DNA from: Nocardioidaceae bacterium
GTDB lineage: Bacteria > Actinomycetota > Actinomycetes > Propionibacteriales > Nocardioidaceae
Length of the DNA: 64,000 nt
Direction: 5' to 3'
Assembly (NCBI GenBank): GCA_033850885.1
Contig: JAWWPG010000010.1
Span: 58,093 to 122,092, forward strand
Positions 8,927-19,000 of this stretch are shown in pieces. The position numbers and the translations under genes are program-made. The notes under the pieces were generated by a model. That model saw only the letters and a program-made list of their open reading frames with translations, made no database searches and was not told the origin of the DNA. Within the stretch, counting starts at the first letter, position 1. The number at the start of each line of letters is the position of its first letter.

Positions 8927-11212
8927 GTGACCGACCCGCGACCGCTCGACACGGTCGGCCACGCCGCGCGCACCCCGGACGTCCGGCAGCCCTGGGCCGA
9001 GCTCGGGCTCAAGCCCGACGAGTACGCCCAGCTCGGCGAGATCCTCGGGAGGCGACCGACGTCGTCGGAGCTCGCGATGTACTCGGTGATGTGGAGTGAG
9101 CACTGCTCGTACAAGTCGAGCAAGGTGCACCTGCGCCAGTTCGGGGAGCGGGTCACCGCCGAGATGCGGGCGCACCTGCTGGTGGGCATCGGCGAGAACG
9201 CCGGCGTGGTGGACATCGGCGACGGGTACGCCGTGACGTTCAAGGTGGAGTCGCACAACCACCCGTCGTACATCGAGCCCTACCAGGGAGCCGCCACCGG
9301 CGTGGGAGGCATCGTCCGCGACATCCTCTCGATGGGCGCCCGGCCGGTTGCCGTCATGGACTCGCTGCGGTTCGGACCGCTCAACGCCGCCGACACCCGC
9401 CGGGTCCTGCCCGGGATCGTCGCTGGGGTCGGTGGATACGGCAACTGCCTCGGCCTGCCCAACATCGGCGGTGAGACGGTCTTCCACCCGTCGTATGCGG
9501 GCAACCCGCTCGTCAACGCCCTCTGCGTCGGCGTCATGCGACACGAGCAGATCCATCTGGCGAAGGCGTCCGGGGAAGGGAACAAGGTGATCCTGTATGG
9601 CGCCCGGACCGGTGGTGACGGAATCGGCGGCGTATCCGTGCTTGCGTCTGAGACGTTCGACGCGGCGGGCCCGACGAAGCGGCCGAGCGTCCAGGTCGGC
9701 GACCCGTTCATGGAGAAGCTGCTCGTCGAGTGCACCCTCGAGCTCTTCGAGCGCGAGCTCGTCAGCGGCATCCAGGATCTTGGTGGTGCCGGGCTGTCGT
9801 GCGCCACGTCTGAGCTGGCCAGCGCCGGTGACGGCGGGATGCGCGTCTGGCTCGACCGGGTACCGCTGCGCGATGCGTCGCTGGCGCCCGAGGAGATCTT
9901 GATGAGCGAGTCGCAGGAGCGGATGATGGCCGTCGTCGAGCCGTCGTGCGTCGACGAGTTTCTTGTCGTGTGTGAGAAGTGGGAGGTCGACGCCACCGTG
10001 ATCGGGGAGGTCACGGAGACGGGGAGACTCGTCGTCGAGTGGCATGGCGAGACCATCGTCGACGTACCTCCGAGGACCGTCGCGCACGAAGGCCCGGTCT
10101 ACGAACGGCCTTATGCCCGACCCTCCTGGCAGGACACCCTGCAAGCCGGATCGTCAACGACTGTTGGGCTCTCGCGACCCCGCAGTCCGATCGAGCTGCG
10201 TGACAGCCTGTTGGCTCTGGTTGCATCAGCCAACCTGTGCGACAAGTCGTGGGTCACCGACCAGTACGACCGGTACGTGCAGGGCAACACGGTGCTCGCC
10301 CAGCCCGAGGACGCCGGCGTGGTGCGGGTCGACGAGGAGAGCGGTCTGGGGGTGGCACTTGCCATGGACTGCAACGCTCGATTCTCGCTGCTCGACCCCT
10401 ATGCAGGAGCGCAGCTGGCACTCGCCGAGGCCTATCGCAACGTCGCCGCCTGCGGCGCGAGGCCGATTGCGGTGACGGACTGCCTGAACTTCGGGTCGCC
10501 GCAGGACCCTGATGTGATGTGGCAGTTCGCCGAGGCGACCCGCGGGCTGGCAGACGGCTGCCGAGAGCTCGCCATCCCCGTCACCGGCGGGAACGTCAGC
10601 CTGTACAACCAGACCGCCGAGACCTCGATCCTGCCGACCCCGCTGGTCGGGGTGCTCGGCGTGCTCGACGACGTCGGCCGTCGTACCCGGATGGGGTTCG
10701 TCGAGCCCGGGCAGCCGATCTACCTGCTCGGCACGACGCGTGACGAGCTCGACGGCTCCGAATGGGCCTATGTCGTACACGGTCACCTCGGCGGGCGACC
10801 CCCCCGCGTGGACCTGGCAGCCGAGCGCGCCCTGGCCGATGTTCTCGTCGCCGCCTCGGAGCGGGCGCTCCTCGACTCCGCCCACGACCTGTCCGACGGC
10901 GGCTTGGCCCAGGCGCTCGTCGAGTCCTGTCTGTGGTGCGGAGTCGGTGCCGGGGTGTGGCTGCCGGCGGATCCGGACCCGTTCGTCGGGCTGTTCTCGG
11001 AGTCCGCCGCACGGGTCATGGTGACGGCTTCCGGTGGCGCGGAGGAGGCACTCGGTGAGCTGTGTACGGCGCGCGGCGTGCCCCTTCGTCGCATCGGAGT
11101 CACCGAGGGGGTCGGCGCCGACGCCGCGCTCGAGGTACGCGACGCGTTCCGGGTGAGACTCACGGACCTGCGGGCTGCCTGGTCTTCGACGCTGCCGAAC
11201 GCCCTAGGGTGA
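8927..11212 (+). CDS. purL: Phosphoribosylformylglycinamidine synthase subunit PurL
   Basis: 761 aa. Conserved FGAM synthase II motifs ([30 protein letters not shown], duplicated AIRS-like domains). Confidence 0.96.
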   Translation: MTDPRPLDTVGHAARTPDVRQPWAELGLKPDEYAQLGEILGRRPTSSELAMYSVMWSEHCSYKSSKVHLRQFGERVTAEMRAHLLVGIGENAGVVDIGDGYAVTFKVESHNHPSYIEPYQGAATGVGGIVRDILSMGARPVAVMDSLRFGPLNAADTRRVLPGIVAGVGGYGNCLGLPNIGGETVFHPSYAGNPLVNALCVGVMRHEQIHLAKASGEGNKVILYGARTGGDGIGGVSVLASETFDAAGPTKRPSVQVGDPFMEKLLVECTLELFERELVSGIQDLGGAGLSCATSELASAGDGGMRVWLDRVPLRDASLAPEEILMSESQERMMAVVEPSCVDEFLVVCEKWEVDATVIGEVTETGRLVVEWHGETIVDVPPRTVAHEGPVYERPYARPSWQDTLQAGSSTTVGLSRPRSPIELRDSLLALVASANLCDKSWVTDQYDRYVQGNTVLAQPEDAGVVRVDEESGLGVALAMDCNARFSLLDPYAGAQLALAEAYRNVAACGARPIAVTDCLNFGSPQDPDVMWQFAEATRGLADGCRELAIPVTGGNVSLYNQTAETSILPTPLVGVLGVLDDVGRRTRMGFVEPGQPIYLLGTTRDELDGSEWAYVVHGHLGGRPPRVDLAAERALADVLVAASERALLDSAHDLSDGGLAQALVESCLWCGVGAGVWLPADPDPFVGLFSESAARVMVTASGGAEEALGELCTARGVPLRRIGVTEGVGADAALEVRDAFRVRLTDLRAAWSSTLPNALG

Positions 11213-11216
11213 CCTC

Positions 11217-11591
11217 GTGCCTGGCCGCCTGCGACCGCTGCCGCCAGCGGATCTCGGCGCACTCCTCGGTAGGCTCGACGGGGCGGCGCGGGACGGCGTA
11301 CCGCCATCGGCTGCAGACGAGCGGGCCGCTGTGAAGCACTTCCTTGCGGTGCTCGCCGAGCGATACCCGGGCAAGAGCGTGGAGGTACGGATCCCGCCCT
11401 ACGCGGCCGTCCAGTGCATCGCCGGCGCCCGCCACACCCGCGGTACGCCCCCAGCCGTGGTCGAGACCGATGCCGCGACCTGGCTGGCAATGGCACGCGG
11501 ACGGCTCGGATTCACCCAGGGGGTCAGAGATGGTGTGGTGCGGGCCTCCGGCGAGCGGTCGGACCTGTCCGCGATCCTGCCGCTGACGTGA
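11217..11591 (+). CDS. Small conserved protein, sterol-carrier (bacterial SCP)-like
   Basis: 124 aa directly after purL. C-terminal pattern (WLAMARGRLGFTQGVRDGVVRASGERSDLSAILPL) resembles actinobacterial SCP-like proteins as I remember them. Not verified by search. Confidence 0.45.
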   Translation: MPGRLRPLPPADLGALLGRLDGAARDGVPPSAADERAAVKHFLAVLAERYPGKSVEVRIPPYAAVQCIAGARHTRGTPPAVVETDAATWLAMARGRLGFTQGVRDGVVRASGERSDLSAILPLT

Positions 11592-11597
11592 GCTCGG

Positions 11598-13055
11598 TCA
11601 GTCCTCCACGAAGACCCGCCTCGTCTCGGTGATCCGCGCCGGCCGGGTCGCCAGCAGGACGACGAGGTACACGACGCCGATGGCCATCCAGATCGCGGCC
11701 GCGGGGCCGGCGTACGAGAGCGGCTTCGGGAGCGTGCTGATAAAGCTGAACAACGGAATCCCGGCCCCGGCGCAGAAGGCCGGGATGAACGCCAGCGCGC
11801 CCAGCACGGGGAGCACTCCATGGAGCAGCCAGTTGAACTCGTCACGCCGGTACCGCCAGAAGTACAGGAGGCATGCGACGTTGAGCAGGACGTACATCGG
11901 CGCGAAGATGTCCACCAGGATGGTGGCGGTCAGCAGGAATCCCGTGTACGGGTCGTACTGGAAGCCGAGCCACATGCTCACGCCGACCGTGACGATGAAC
12001 TGGGTGACGAGTGCCACCATGGGCGATCCACGGGTGAGCGTCGCGTACGCCGTCGGCAGCAGCCGGATCCGGCCCATCGAGAACATGGTGCGGGTCGAGG
12101 AGTTGTTCGCCGCGTTCTGGTTGGCGATCACGGAGTTGACGAGAGCCAAGAAGACGAGCACGAAACCGACGGTGCCCCACGCCTGCCTTGCCAACAGGTT
12201 CTGCCAGGGGTTGCTGTCCCCGGCGCTGACGAAGCTGGTCATCTTCAGCGGCCCGAACGCGATCGTGCTCGCGTAGGTGTTGAGAATGTAGAAGAGCCCG
12301 ATGCCCAGGCAGGAGAGCATGATCGCGAGGTGGATGGTACGGCGTGGCTCGTGTGCCTCCTCCGCGATCGGTGCCGCCTCCTCGAACCCGATGAATGCGA
12401 GAATCGTGAACACCGACCCCGCGATGACTCCCGAGAGGCCGGAGTAGCTGGGGTTGTTGGCATAGTGCGTGCCGAAGACCTTGAGCGTGTTGTGTCCGCC
12501 CGCCTGGACGATGAGCGTGATCGAGATCGCAGCGAAGATGACGATCTCGAACGCACCCAGCAGCATGCCGACCCCGGTCGACGCCTTGATGCCCCGGTAG
12601 CCCAGCAGGAACACCAGGATGGAGACGATCAGGGTCCAGATCCACCAAAGGTCGGTCGACCAGCCCCACTCGGAGTTGAACGTGTTGCCGACGATGAAAC
12701 CCATCTGGAGAGCGAGGAACGGTCCCCCGATGATGATTCCGAGCAGGAACCCCCAGCCGACGAGAAACCCCGCGATCGGATGGATCCCGTTGCTCACATA
12801 CGTGTAGAAGGACCCGGCGGACGGCATGTGCCGGGACAGCTGGCCGATCGAGTTCGCGGCGAAGAGCGACGCGATCAGCGCGAAGATCACCGACAGCGGC
12901 GCACCGCCGCCGCTGAACACGATCCCGGCGGGGATGGACAGGGCAGTGGCGATCGCGGGTGCCATGAACGTGATGGCCTGGAACAGCACCCCGCCGAACC
13001 CGACGGCGCCGGCGCGAAGTCCTTGGTCGTCCTGCCTGCCTGCATGGTCAGTCAT
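11598..13055 (-). CDS. APC-family amino-acid permease
   Basis: 485 aa with about 12 TM segments. Typical APC N-terminal block (FQAITFMAPAIATALSIPAG...). Confidence 0.88.
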   Translation of the reverse strand: MTDHAGRQDDQGLRAGAVGFGGVLFQAITFMAPAIATALSIPAGIVFSGGGAPLSVIFALIASLFAANSIGQLSRHMPSAGSFYTYVSNGIHPIAGFLVGWGFLLGIIIGGPFLALQMGFIVGNTFNSEWGWSTDLWWIWTLIVSILVFLLGYRGIKASTGVGMLLGAFEIVIFAAISITLIVQAGGHNTLKVFGTHYANNPSYSGLSGVIAGSVFTILAFIGFEEAAPIAEEAHEPRRTIHLAIMLSCLGIGLFYILNTYASTIAFGPLKMTSFVSAGDSNPWQNLLARQAWGTVGFVLVFLALVNSVIANQNAANNSSTRTMFSMGRIRLLPTAYATLTRGSPMVALVTQFIVTVGVSMWLGFQYDPYTGFLLTATILVDIFAPMYVLLNVACLLYFWRYRRDEFNWLLHGVLPVLGALAFIPAFCAGAGIPLFSFISTLPKPLSYAGPAAAIWMAIGVVYLVVLLATRPARITETRRVFVED

Positions 13056-13129
13056 CGAGCCTCCCCAGACCTAGAAGAAGTCCTCCGCGGCCCGACTCTA
13101 AACCCGCCGATTCGGGTACGTCGATCGCC

Positions 13130-13288
13130 TCAGCCGTTGAGCAGGAGGCCGACCAGTCCGGCGAGCACCATCACCATGCCCAGGGCGAGGGCGACCGAGG
13201 ACGCGTCCAGCGCGCAGAGCCCCATCAGGACGAGGCCGACCCCGAGGACGAACAGCGACCACTGCCGTCGCTGCGGGGGAAGCGCCAC
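13130..13288 (-). CDS. Possible 52-aa two-TM membrane peptide (below the ORF-track length cutoff)
   Basis: Hand translation from GTG: VALPPQRRQWSLFVLGVGLVLMGLCALDASSVALALGMVMVLAGLVGLLLNG*. Nearly every codon ends in G/C. No clear Shine-Dalgarno sequence. Confidence 0.3.
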   Translation of the reverse strand: MALPPQRRQWSLFVLGVGLVLMGLCALDASSVALALGMVMVLAGLVGLLLNG

Positions 13289-13332
13289 CCGGCAACGATA
13301 GACCCGGCCTCGACGTCGATAGCATCCTCGGC

Positions 13333-14685
13333 ATGGCTCCCGACATCCACCAGGCTGTAGCGGCCGTGCTGCCCGGCGTACGCGCGGATCTCGAGCGGCT
13401 CGTGCGCATCCCGTCGGTCAGTGCCGATCCGTCCCGTCATGACGAGGTACGCCGATCTGCCGCCGCCACGGCGGCGCTCTTCGAGGCTGAGGGCTTCGAC
13501 ACGCGAGTCGTCGAGATCAACGGCGGCCTGCCGGCGGTGATAGCGCGCCGCCCGGCGCCACCTGGCCAACCCACCGTCCTGCTGTACGCCCACCACGACG
13601 TACAGCCGGAGGGCGCCACCGACGCGTGGGACACCGAGCCGTTCGAGCCGACAGAGCGGGACGGGCGGCTGTTCGGTCGCGGGGCCGCCGACGACAAGGC
13701 TGGCATCGCCGCCCACCTGGCCGCCATCCGGGCGCACGGAGCGGACCTCCCTGTCGGTGTGACGGTCTTCATCGAGGGCGAGGAGGAGTCGGGGTCGCAG
13801 TCGCTGCCCGAGATCCTGCAGCGCTACCGCGACCTACTGGCCAGCGACGTCATCGTGATCGCGGACTCCGGGAACTGGGACATCGGGACACCGGCACTGA
13901 CGATCTCGCTGCGCGGGGTGGCTGACTGCATCGTCGAGGTCCGCACTCTCGAACACGCTGTGCACTCCGGGATGTGGGGCGGCGTCGTCCCTGACGCCCT
14001 CACGGCGCTGTCCCGGCTCATCTCGACGCTGCACGACGACGAGGGAAACGTCGCAGTGCGAGGACTGGCCTGGGGTGCGGGTGCCGACCTGGACTACCCA
14101 GAGGCCCGGCTGCGGGCGGAGGCGGGTGTCACGCCCGGGGTGCAGCTGATCGGAAGCGGCTCGATCGTGGACCGGCTCTGGAACCGGCCAGCGATCGCCG
14201 TACTCGCGATCGACGCCACCTCGGTCGACAAGGCGAGCAACACGCTGATCCCGATGGCTCGTGCCCAGATCAGCCTGCGGGTGGGCCCCGGCGACGATGC
14301 GGTTCGGGCCCTTGGCCGGCTCACCGAACACCTCGAGGCGCACGCGCCGTGGGGCGCGCGGGTGACAGTGACCCCGGGCGAGACCGGCCAGCCGTTCTCG
14401 GTCGACGCGAACGGTCCGGTCTATGACGCAGCACGGGAGGCCTTCGCCGAGGCATGGGACGGCACGAGAGCCGTGGACATGGGCGTCGGTGGCTCCATTC
14501 CCTTCATCGCCGAGTTCGCCGACATGTTCCCGAGTGCCGCGATCCTCGTCACCGGCGTCGAGGACCCCGACACCCGGGCGCACGGGGCCAACGAGGGTCT
14601 CCACCTCGCGGAGTTCGCCCGGGTCTGCCTGGCTGAGGCGCTGCTGCTGCGCAACCTGGCCCGGGGTGGCCGGGATCAGCCGTAG
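13333..14685 (+). CDS. M20-family dipeptidase / metallohydrolase
   Basis: 450 aa with M20 motifs (LLYAHHDVQP, GRGAADDKAG, FIEGEEESGS, GGSIPF). Confidence 0.85.
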   Translation: MAPDIHQAVAAVLPGVRADLERLVRIPSVSADPSRHDEVRRSAAATAALFEAEGFDTRVVEINGGLPAVIARRPAPPGQPTVLLYAHHDVQPEGATDAWDTEPFEPTERDGRLFGRGAADDKAGIAAHLAAIRAHGADLPVGVTVFIEGEEESGSQSLPEILQRYRDLLASDVIVIADSGNWDIGTPALTISLRGVADCIVEVRTLEHAVHSGMWGGVVPDALTALSRLISTLHDDEGNVAVRGLAWGAGADLDYPEARLRAEAGVTPGVQLIGSGSIVDRLWNRPAIAVLAIDATSVDKASNTLIPMARAQISLRVGPGDDAVRALGRLTEHLEAHAPWGARVTVTPGETGQPFSVDANGPVYDAAREAFAEAWDGTRAVDMGVGGSIPFIAEFADMFPSAAILVTGVEDPDTRAHGANEGLHLAEFARVCLAEALLLRNLARGGRDQP

Positions 14686-14704
14686 AGCCGTCTAGACTGA
14701 GCCG

Positions 14705-16249
14705 GTGCCGCGCGGAGATGGGTTGCTGACCCACGACCTCAACCCGCATGACAAGGGACCCCAGGACGCCTGCGGAGTCTTCGGAGTCTGGGCGCCCGGC
14801 GAGGAGGTCGCCAAGCTCGCCTACTTCGGCCTCTACGCGCTGCAGCACCGCGGACAGGAGTCGGCCGGCATCGCCGTCGGCAACGGCCGGCAGATCCTCG
14901 TCTACAAGGACATGGGTCTGGTCTCCCAGGTGTTCGACGAGCCGACGCTCAGCTCCCTCAAGGGGTACGTCGCCATCGGGCATGCGCGGTACTCGACAAC
15001 GGGGTCGAGTGTCTGGCACAACGCCCAGCCGACCTTCCGCCCGACGCCGACTGGCTCACTGGCCCTGTGTCACAACGGCAACCTGATCAACGCCGGCGAG
15101 CTCGCCAAGCGGGTGGACCAGCTGACCCGTGGGGAGCTGGGCGTCGCCACCCAGACCAGCGAGGCGTCCACCGACACGGATCTGGTCACGGCGCTGCTCG
15201 CGTCGTACTCCGACCGCTCCCTCGAGCAGGCCGCGATGGAGATCCTGCCGACGATCGCGGGTGCCTTCTGTTTCGTGTTCATGGACCAGGGGACGCTGTA
15301 CGCCGCCCGTGACCCGCAGGGCTTCCGGCCGCTGGTGCTCGGACGCCTCGAGCGCGGTTGGGTGGTCGCCTCGGAGACGGCGGCGCTCGACATCGTCGGC
15401 GCGTCGTTCGTCCGCGAGATCGAGCCGGGCGAGCTGGTCGCGATCGACGAGGATGGCCTGCGGTCCCAGCGGTTCGCCCAAGCGGTGCCCAAAGGCTGCC
15501 TCTTCGAGTTCGTCTACCTGGCCCGGCCGGACACGCTGATCAGCGGCCAGCGGGTGCACAGCGTCCGCGCAGAGATCGGCCGCCGGCTGGCTCAGGAGTT
15601 CCCGGTCGATGCCGACATCGTGATCCCCGTCCCGGAGTCAGGGACCCCGGCGGCTATCGGCTACGCAGAAGAGAGCAAGATCCCTTACGGGCAAGGCTTT
15701 GTGAAGAACTCGTACGTCGGGCGAACGTTCATCCAGCCCAGCGACACGATCCGGCAGCTCGGGATCCGGCTCAAGCTCAACCCCCTGCGCGATGTGGTCG
15801 AGGGCAAACGGCTCATCGTGGTCGACGACTCGATCGTGCGCGGCAACACGCAGCGAGCACAGGTCCGGATGTTGCGCGAGGCTGGCGCTCGAGAGGTCCA
15901 CGTGCGAATCGGCAGCCCGCCGGTGAAGTGGCCGTGCTTCTTCGGGATCGACTTCGCGAGCCGCGCTGAGCTGATCGCGAACGGCCTGACGGCGGAGGAG
16001 ATCTGCCGGTCGATCGGCGCCGACTCGCTCGGCTACATCTCACTCGAAGGCCTGGTCGAGGCGACGAACGTCGGCGGAGCCAAGCTGTGCAGCGCCTGCT
16101 TCGACGGCGTCTACCCGGTCGAGCTCCCGGACGCGAACCTCCTTGGCAAGCATCTGCTCGAGACCACCTTGGACGAGCCGAAGCGGCCCGATGGGCTGGT
16201 GACCGCGCTGTCGGGTGGCGGCGCCCTCGATGCGCTCAGCCGCCCTTGA
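14705..16249 (+). CDS. purF: Amidophosphoribosyltransferase
   Basis: GTG start. Propeptide followed by nucleophile CGVFGVW. PRTase motif LIVVDDSIVRGNT. C-terminal Cys ligands. Confidence 0.96.
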   Translation: MPRGDGLLTHDLNPHDKGPQDACGVFGVWAPGEEVAKLAYFGLYALQHRGQESAGIAVGNGRQILVYKDMGLVSQVFDEPTLSSLKGYVAIGHARYSTTGSSVWHNAQPTFRPTPTGSLALCHNGNLINAGELAKRVDQLTRGELGVATQTSEASTDTDLVTALLASYSDRSLEQAAMEILPTIAGAFCFVFMDQGTLYAARDPQGFRPLVLGRLERGWVVASETAALDIVGASFVREIEPGELVAIDEDGLRSQRFAQAVPKGCLFEFVYLARPDTLISGQRVHSVRAEIGRRLAQEFPVDADIVIPVPESGTPAAIGYAEESKIPYGQGFVKNSYVGRTFIQPSDTIRQLGIRLKLNPLRDVVEGKRLIVVDDSIVRGNTQRAQVRMLREAGAREVHVRIGSPPVKWPCFFGIDFASRAELIANGLTAEEICRSIGADSLGYISLEGLVEATNVGGAKLCSACFDGVYPVELPDANLLGKHLLETTLDEPKRPDGLVTALSGGGALDALSRP

Positions 16250-16269
16250 GCGTAGCGCGACGACCGACG

Positions 16270-17343
16270 ATGACAACCGCCGATCGGCCTGACGCCGGAG
16301 CCTATGCGACGGCCGGCGTCTCCGTGGAGGCGGGTGAGCGCGCCGTCGACCTGATGCGGGGTTGGGTCGAGACGGCGCGGCGTCCTGAGGTGCGCGGCGG
16401 CATCGGCGGGTTCGCCGGGCTCTACGACGCCTCGGCCATCAAGCGGATGCGGCAGCCGCTGCTGGCCACCAGCGCGGACGGCGTCGGAACCAAGGTGGCG
16501 ATCGCGCAGGCGCTCGACAAGCACGACACCATCGGCATCGACCTGGTCGCCATGCTGGTCGACGACCTCGTGGTGTGCGGCGCGGAGCCGCTCTTCCTCA
16601 CCGACTACATCGCCTGCGGGAAGGTCGACCCGGAGCGGATCGCCAGCATCGTCAAGGGTGTTGCGCAGGGCTGCGTCGTCGCCGGATGTGCGCTACTCGG
16701 CGGTGAGACCGCCGAGCACCCAGGACTTCTCGAGCCCGACGAGTACGACGTAGCAGGCTCGACGACCGGGGTGGTGGAGGCGGAGGCCGTCCTCGGGCCG
16801 GAGCGGGTCCGGCCGGGCGACGTACTCCTCGCGATGGCGTCGTCTGGTCTCCACTCCAACGGCTTCAGCCTGGTGCGGCGGGTACTCCTCGCGGACGAAG
16901 GGTGGAGCCTCGACCGGTACGTCGACGATCTGGGCAGGACACTTGGCGAGGAGCTCCTCGAACCCACGGTGATCTACGCGAAGCCCTGTCTGGAGCTGGC
17001 CCGCCGTACGAGCGTGCACGCGATGGCACACATCACCGGCGGCGGGCTGGCCGCGAACCTGGCCCGGGTCCTGCCGTCCCACCTCTCCGCGACGATCAGC
17101 CGGGAGACCTGGCGCCCACCTCCGGTCTTCGACCTCATCTTCGAGGCGGGCCGGGTCAGTGCAGCCGACATGGAGGCGACGTTCAACATGGGCGTTGGCA
17201 TGGTGGCGGTGCTGCCGGCGGCGGAAGCCGACGATGCGGTCTCCACGCTCGGTGAGTCTGGGGTCGGCTCCTGGGTGTGCGGCATTGTCACCGAGGACCA
17301 GGCCGGGGTTCGAGCCGCTCTCAGGGGCAGCCACCCGGCCTGA
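16270..17343 (+). CDS. purM: Phosphoribosylformylglycinamidine cyclo-ligase (AIR synthase)
   Basis: Internal ATG at 16270 lies just after the purF stop. Motifs GIGGFAGLY, ADGVGTK, LLGGETAEHPG. The upstream part of ORF 16087 overlaps purF and is rejected. Confidence 0.94.
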   Translation: MTTADRPDAGAYATAGVSVEAGERAVDLMRGWVETARRPEVRGGIGGFAGLYDASAIKRMRQPLLATSADGVGTKVAIAQALDKHDTIGIDLVAMLVDDLVVCGAEPLFLTDYIACGKVDPERIASIVKGVAQGCVVAGCALLGGETAEHPGLLEPDEYDVAGSTTGVVEAEAVLGPERVRPGDVLLAMASSGLHSNGFSLVRRVLLADEGWSLDRYVDDLGRTLGEELLEPTVIYAKPCLELARRTSVHAMAHITGGGLAANLARVLPSHLSATISRETWRPPPVFDLIFEAGRVSAADMEATFNMGVGMVAVLPAAEADDAVSTLGESGVGSWVCGIVTEDQAGVRAALRGSHPA

Positions 17344-17404
17344 CGTCGTGACGGCAACCCGAGGCCGAACATCCTCGGCACCTGGTGGAAGGCGGATCGG
17401 CAGC

Positions 17405-18256
17405 CTAACGCCCCCGCGGTGTCCAGGGGGTCCGGGGCCGCTCCCGGCGCTCGCCGTCGAGCACGAGGTCCACCCGCTCGTCGAAGAAGGACACCAGGTC
17501 GCGGACATGCTCGGCCTCGTGCTGCGGCGCCGGGTAGCTCCAGGCGATGTCCGCAACGCCATGGTCGCCCAGAGTCGCGGACCAGTAGGAGGCCCGGCCC
17601 TTGTAGGCGCACCACGACTCCGTCTCGCTCGCTGCGAGCTCGACTCGCACATCCTCCCGGGGCAGGTAGAAGCGGGTCGGCAGCATGGTCTCGAACAGCA
17701 GCGTGGGCCGCGCGGACTCGGCGAGCAGCTCCCCGTCGAGCTCGATGCGCACCGACCGCGAGCTGGTGACGACGTCGATCCGGTGGAACGGGTCTCGTGG
17801 GTGGCCGACGTTGGGTTCGTCCTCCTCGAACCACTGGTCGAAGGCGGGAAAGTCGAGGACGACGTACCCGCTCAGGTCGTCCTCCTCGAGCCGGAACCCG
17901 GCGCCGGGGAGACGCTGCCCGTTCGCCAGTACGTCGACCGGCTGCCCCTCGGCACTGTGCGCAGCGAACGGGATTGACGGGTCGAGCACGCGTAGCGCTG
18001 ACACGTCCGGCATCTCGTGACCGTCGGCTTCGATGTCGATCCCTTCGACAGGCACGGCGGAAGCCAGGTCGGCCGACAGGTCCTCCTCCGGGACGGCGTA
18101 CGACGGCACGACTCGACGAGGCTCCCAGACCAGCACCGTGCGCACACTGTCCACGACGGTCGCGCCCCCGAGAGTTGCGCGGATGCGCTTCGCCGTCGGT
18201 TCGTAGCGCATCGCTTCGAGGCGGCCCATCAGTGCGTCGCGAAGCCGGATACTCAT
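17405..18256 (-). CDS. Tandem DUF427-domain protein
   Basis: 283 aa built of two similar halves. DUF427-like signature (WCAYKGRASYWS ... DLVSFFDERVD). Confidence 0.65.
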   Translation of the reverse strand: MSIRLRDALMGRLEAMRYEPTAKRIRATLGGATVVDSVRTVLVWEPRRVVPSYAVPEEDLSADLASAVPVEGIDIEADGHEMPDVSALRVLDPSIPFAAHSAEGQPVDVLANGQRLPGAGFRLEEDDLSGYVVLDFPAFDQWFEEDEPNVGHPRDPFHRIDVVTSSRSVRIELDGELLAESARPTLLFETMLPTRFYLPREDVRVELAASETESWCAYKGRASYWSATLGDHGVADIAWSYPAPQHEAEHVRDLVSFFDERVDLVLDGERRERPRTPWTPRGR

Positions 18257-18477
18257 GCCATCAGACCCCCGCGTGTCGATTCCCGCCCACCTCCAGGGTG
18301 GATGGTTCGGCCGATCGTATCGCCGCCCGCACCGGCAACGTGAGGCTGGTCTCGATATCCGGGTGTGCTGTAGGTATCAGGGTCGATGCCGGGTATCGTG
18401 GTGGGCACGACAAAACAGGTGAGAGACCGGGCATCCCTGGGGTGAACCCGGCCACGACGTGCGAGGGGGTCGACCCT

Positions 18478-18684
18478 ATGGGGCGCGGCCGGGCGAAGGC
18501 TAAGCAGACCAAGGTCGCTCGTGAGCTGAAGTACCGTGAGTTCAACACGGACTTCTCCGAGCTGCAGCGGGAGCTGCACGGTGATGAGACCCGCGACGGG
18601 GCGGACGGCACCGAAAGCAGCACTCTCGCCGACGACGACGATCCTTACGTCGACCTCTACGACGAATCGGCGCCGAAACGCTGA
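18478..18684 (+). CDS. DUF3073 small protein
   Basis: 68 aa: MGRGRAKAKQTKVARELKYREF... with an acidic tail. Conserved position beside purM in actinobacteria (from memory, the Rv0810c equivalent). Confidence 0.8.
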   Translation: MGRGRAKAKQTKVARELKYREFNTDFSELQRELHGDETRDGADGTESSTLADDDDPYVDLYDESAPKR

Positions 18685-18736
18685 CCTGGCCAAGGCGTGA
18701 GCCCCTTGGCTCCCCTCCAGGCGTTTGCGCCTCTGC

Positions 18737-18921
18737 GGCGTTTGCCTGGCAAGCCAGGCAGCTGCGGGATTGGGGGTCGTTTGGGTGGTGAACCACCCAA
18801 ACCTTCCTCAAGCCACCCAGACTTGAGTGGCTTGAGGGCTGCTTGGGTGGTGCACCACCCAAGCAGCTAGGCAGGCCTGGGTGGCAAAGGGTGTACTTCC
18901 CTGGCAAGCCAGGCAAACGCC
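18737..18921. repeat. Stacked-palindrome (REP/MITE-like) element bounded by 14-bp perfect inverted repeats
   Basis: Ends are GGCGTTTGCCTGGC (18737-18750) and GCCAGGCAAACGCC (18908-18921). Internal perfect hairpins at 18743-18760, 18779-18802, 18807-18836, 18841-18864 and 18900-18913. Confidence 0.75.
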
Positions 18922-18992
18922 CGGTTAGGCGCGCCCCGGTAGGCGCCCGGTCAGCTGCCCCGGTCAGGCGCCCCGGTAGGCGCCCGTTGCGT
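18920..18992. repeat. Degenerate tandem 12-13-nt repeat CCCGGT(N)AGGCGC, about 5 copies
   Basis: Reads cccggttaggcgcg / ccccggtaggcgc / ccggtcagctgc / cccggtcaggcgc / cccggtaggcgc, directly abutting the palindrome stack and the vdh stop. Confidence 0.7.
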
Positions 18993-19000
18993 GTGCCAGG

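Noticed and set aside
8834-10144. 436-aa ORF antisense to purL, with similar antisense ORFs at 11820..13301, 16693..17652, 33719..34828, 42498..43475 and 58068..59138
   Set aside because: Each lies opposite a gene with strong family motifs (purL, APC permease, purM, rhaEW, aminotransferase, GH5). All have shadow-frame composition.
18920-18992. Possible CRISPR array
   Set aside because: The repeats are only 12-13 nt, directly tandem with no spacers, and degenerate. No cas genes are present in the window.
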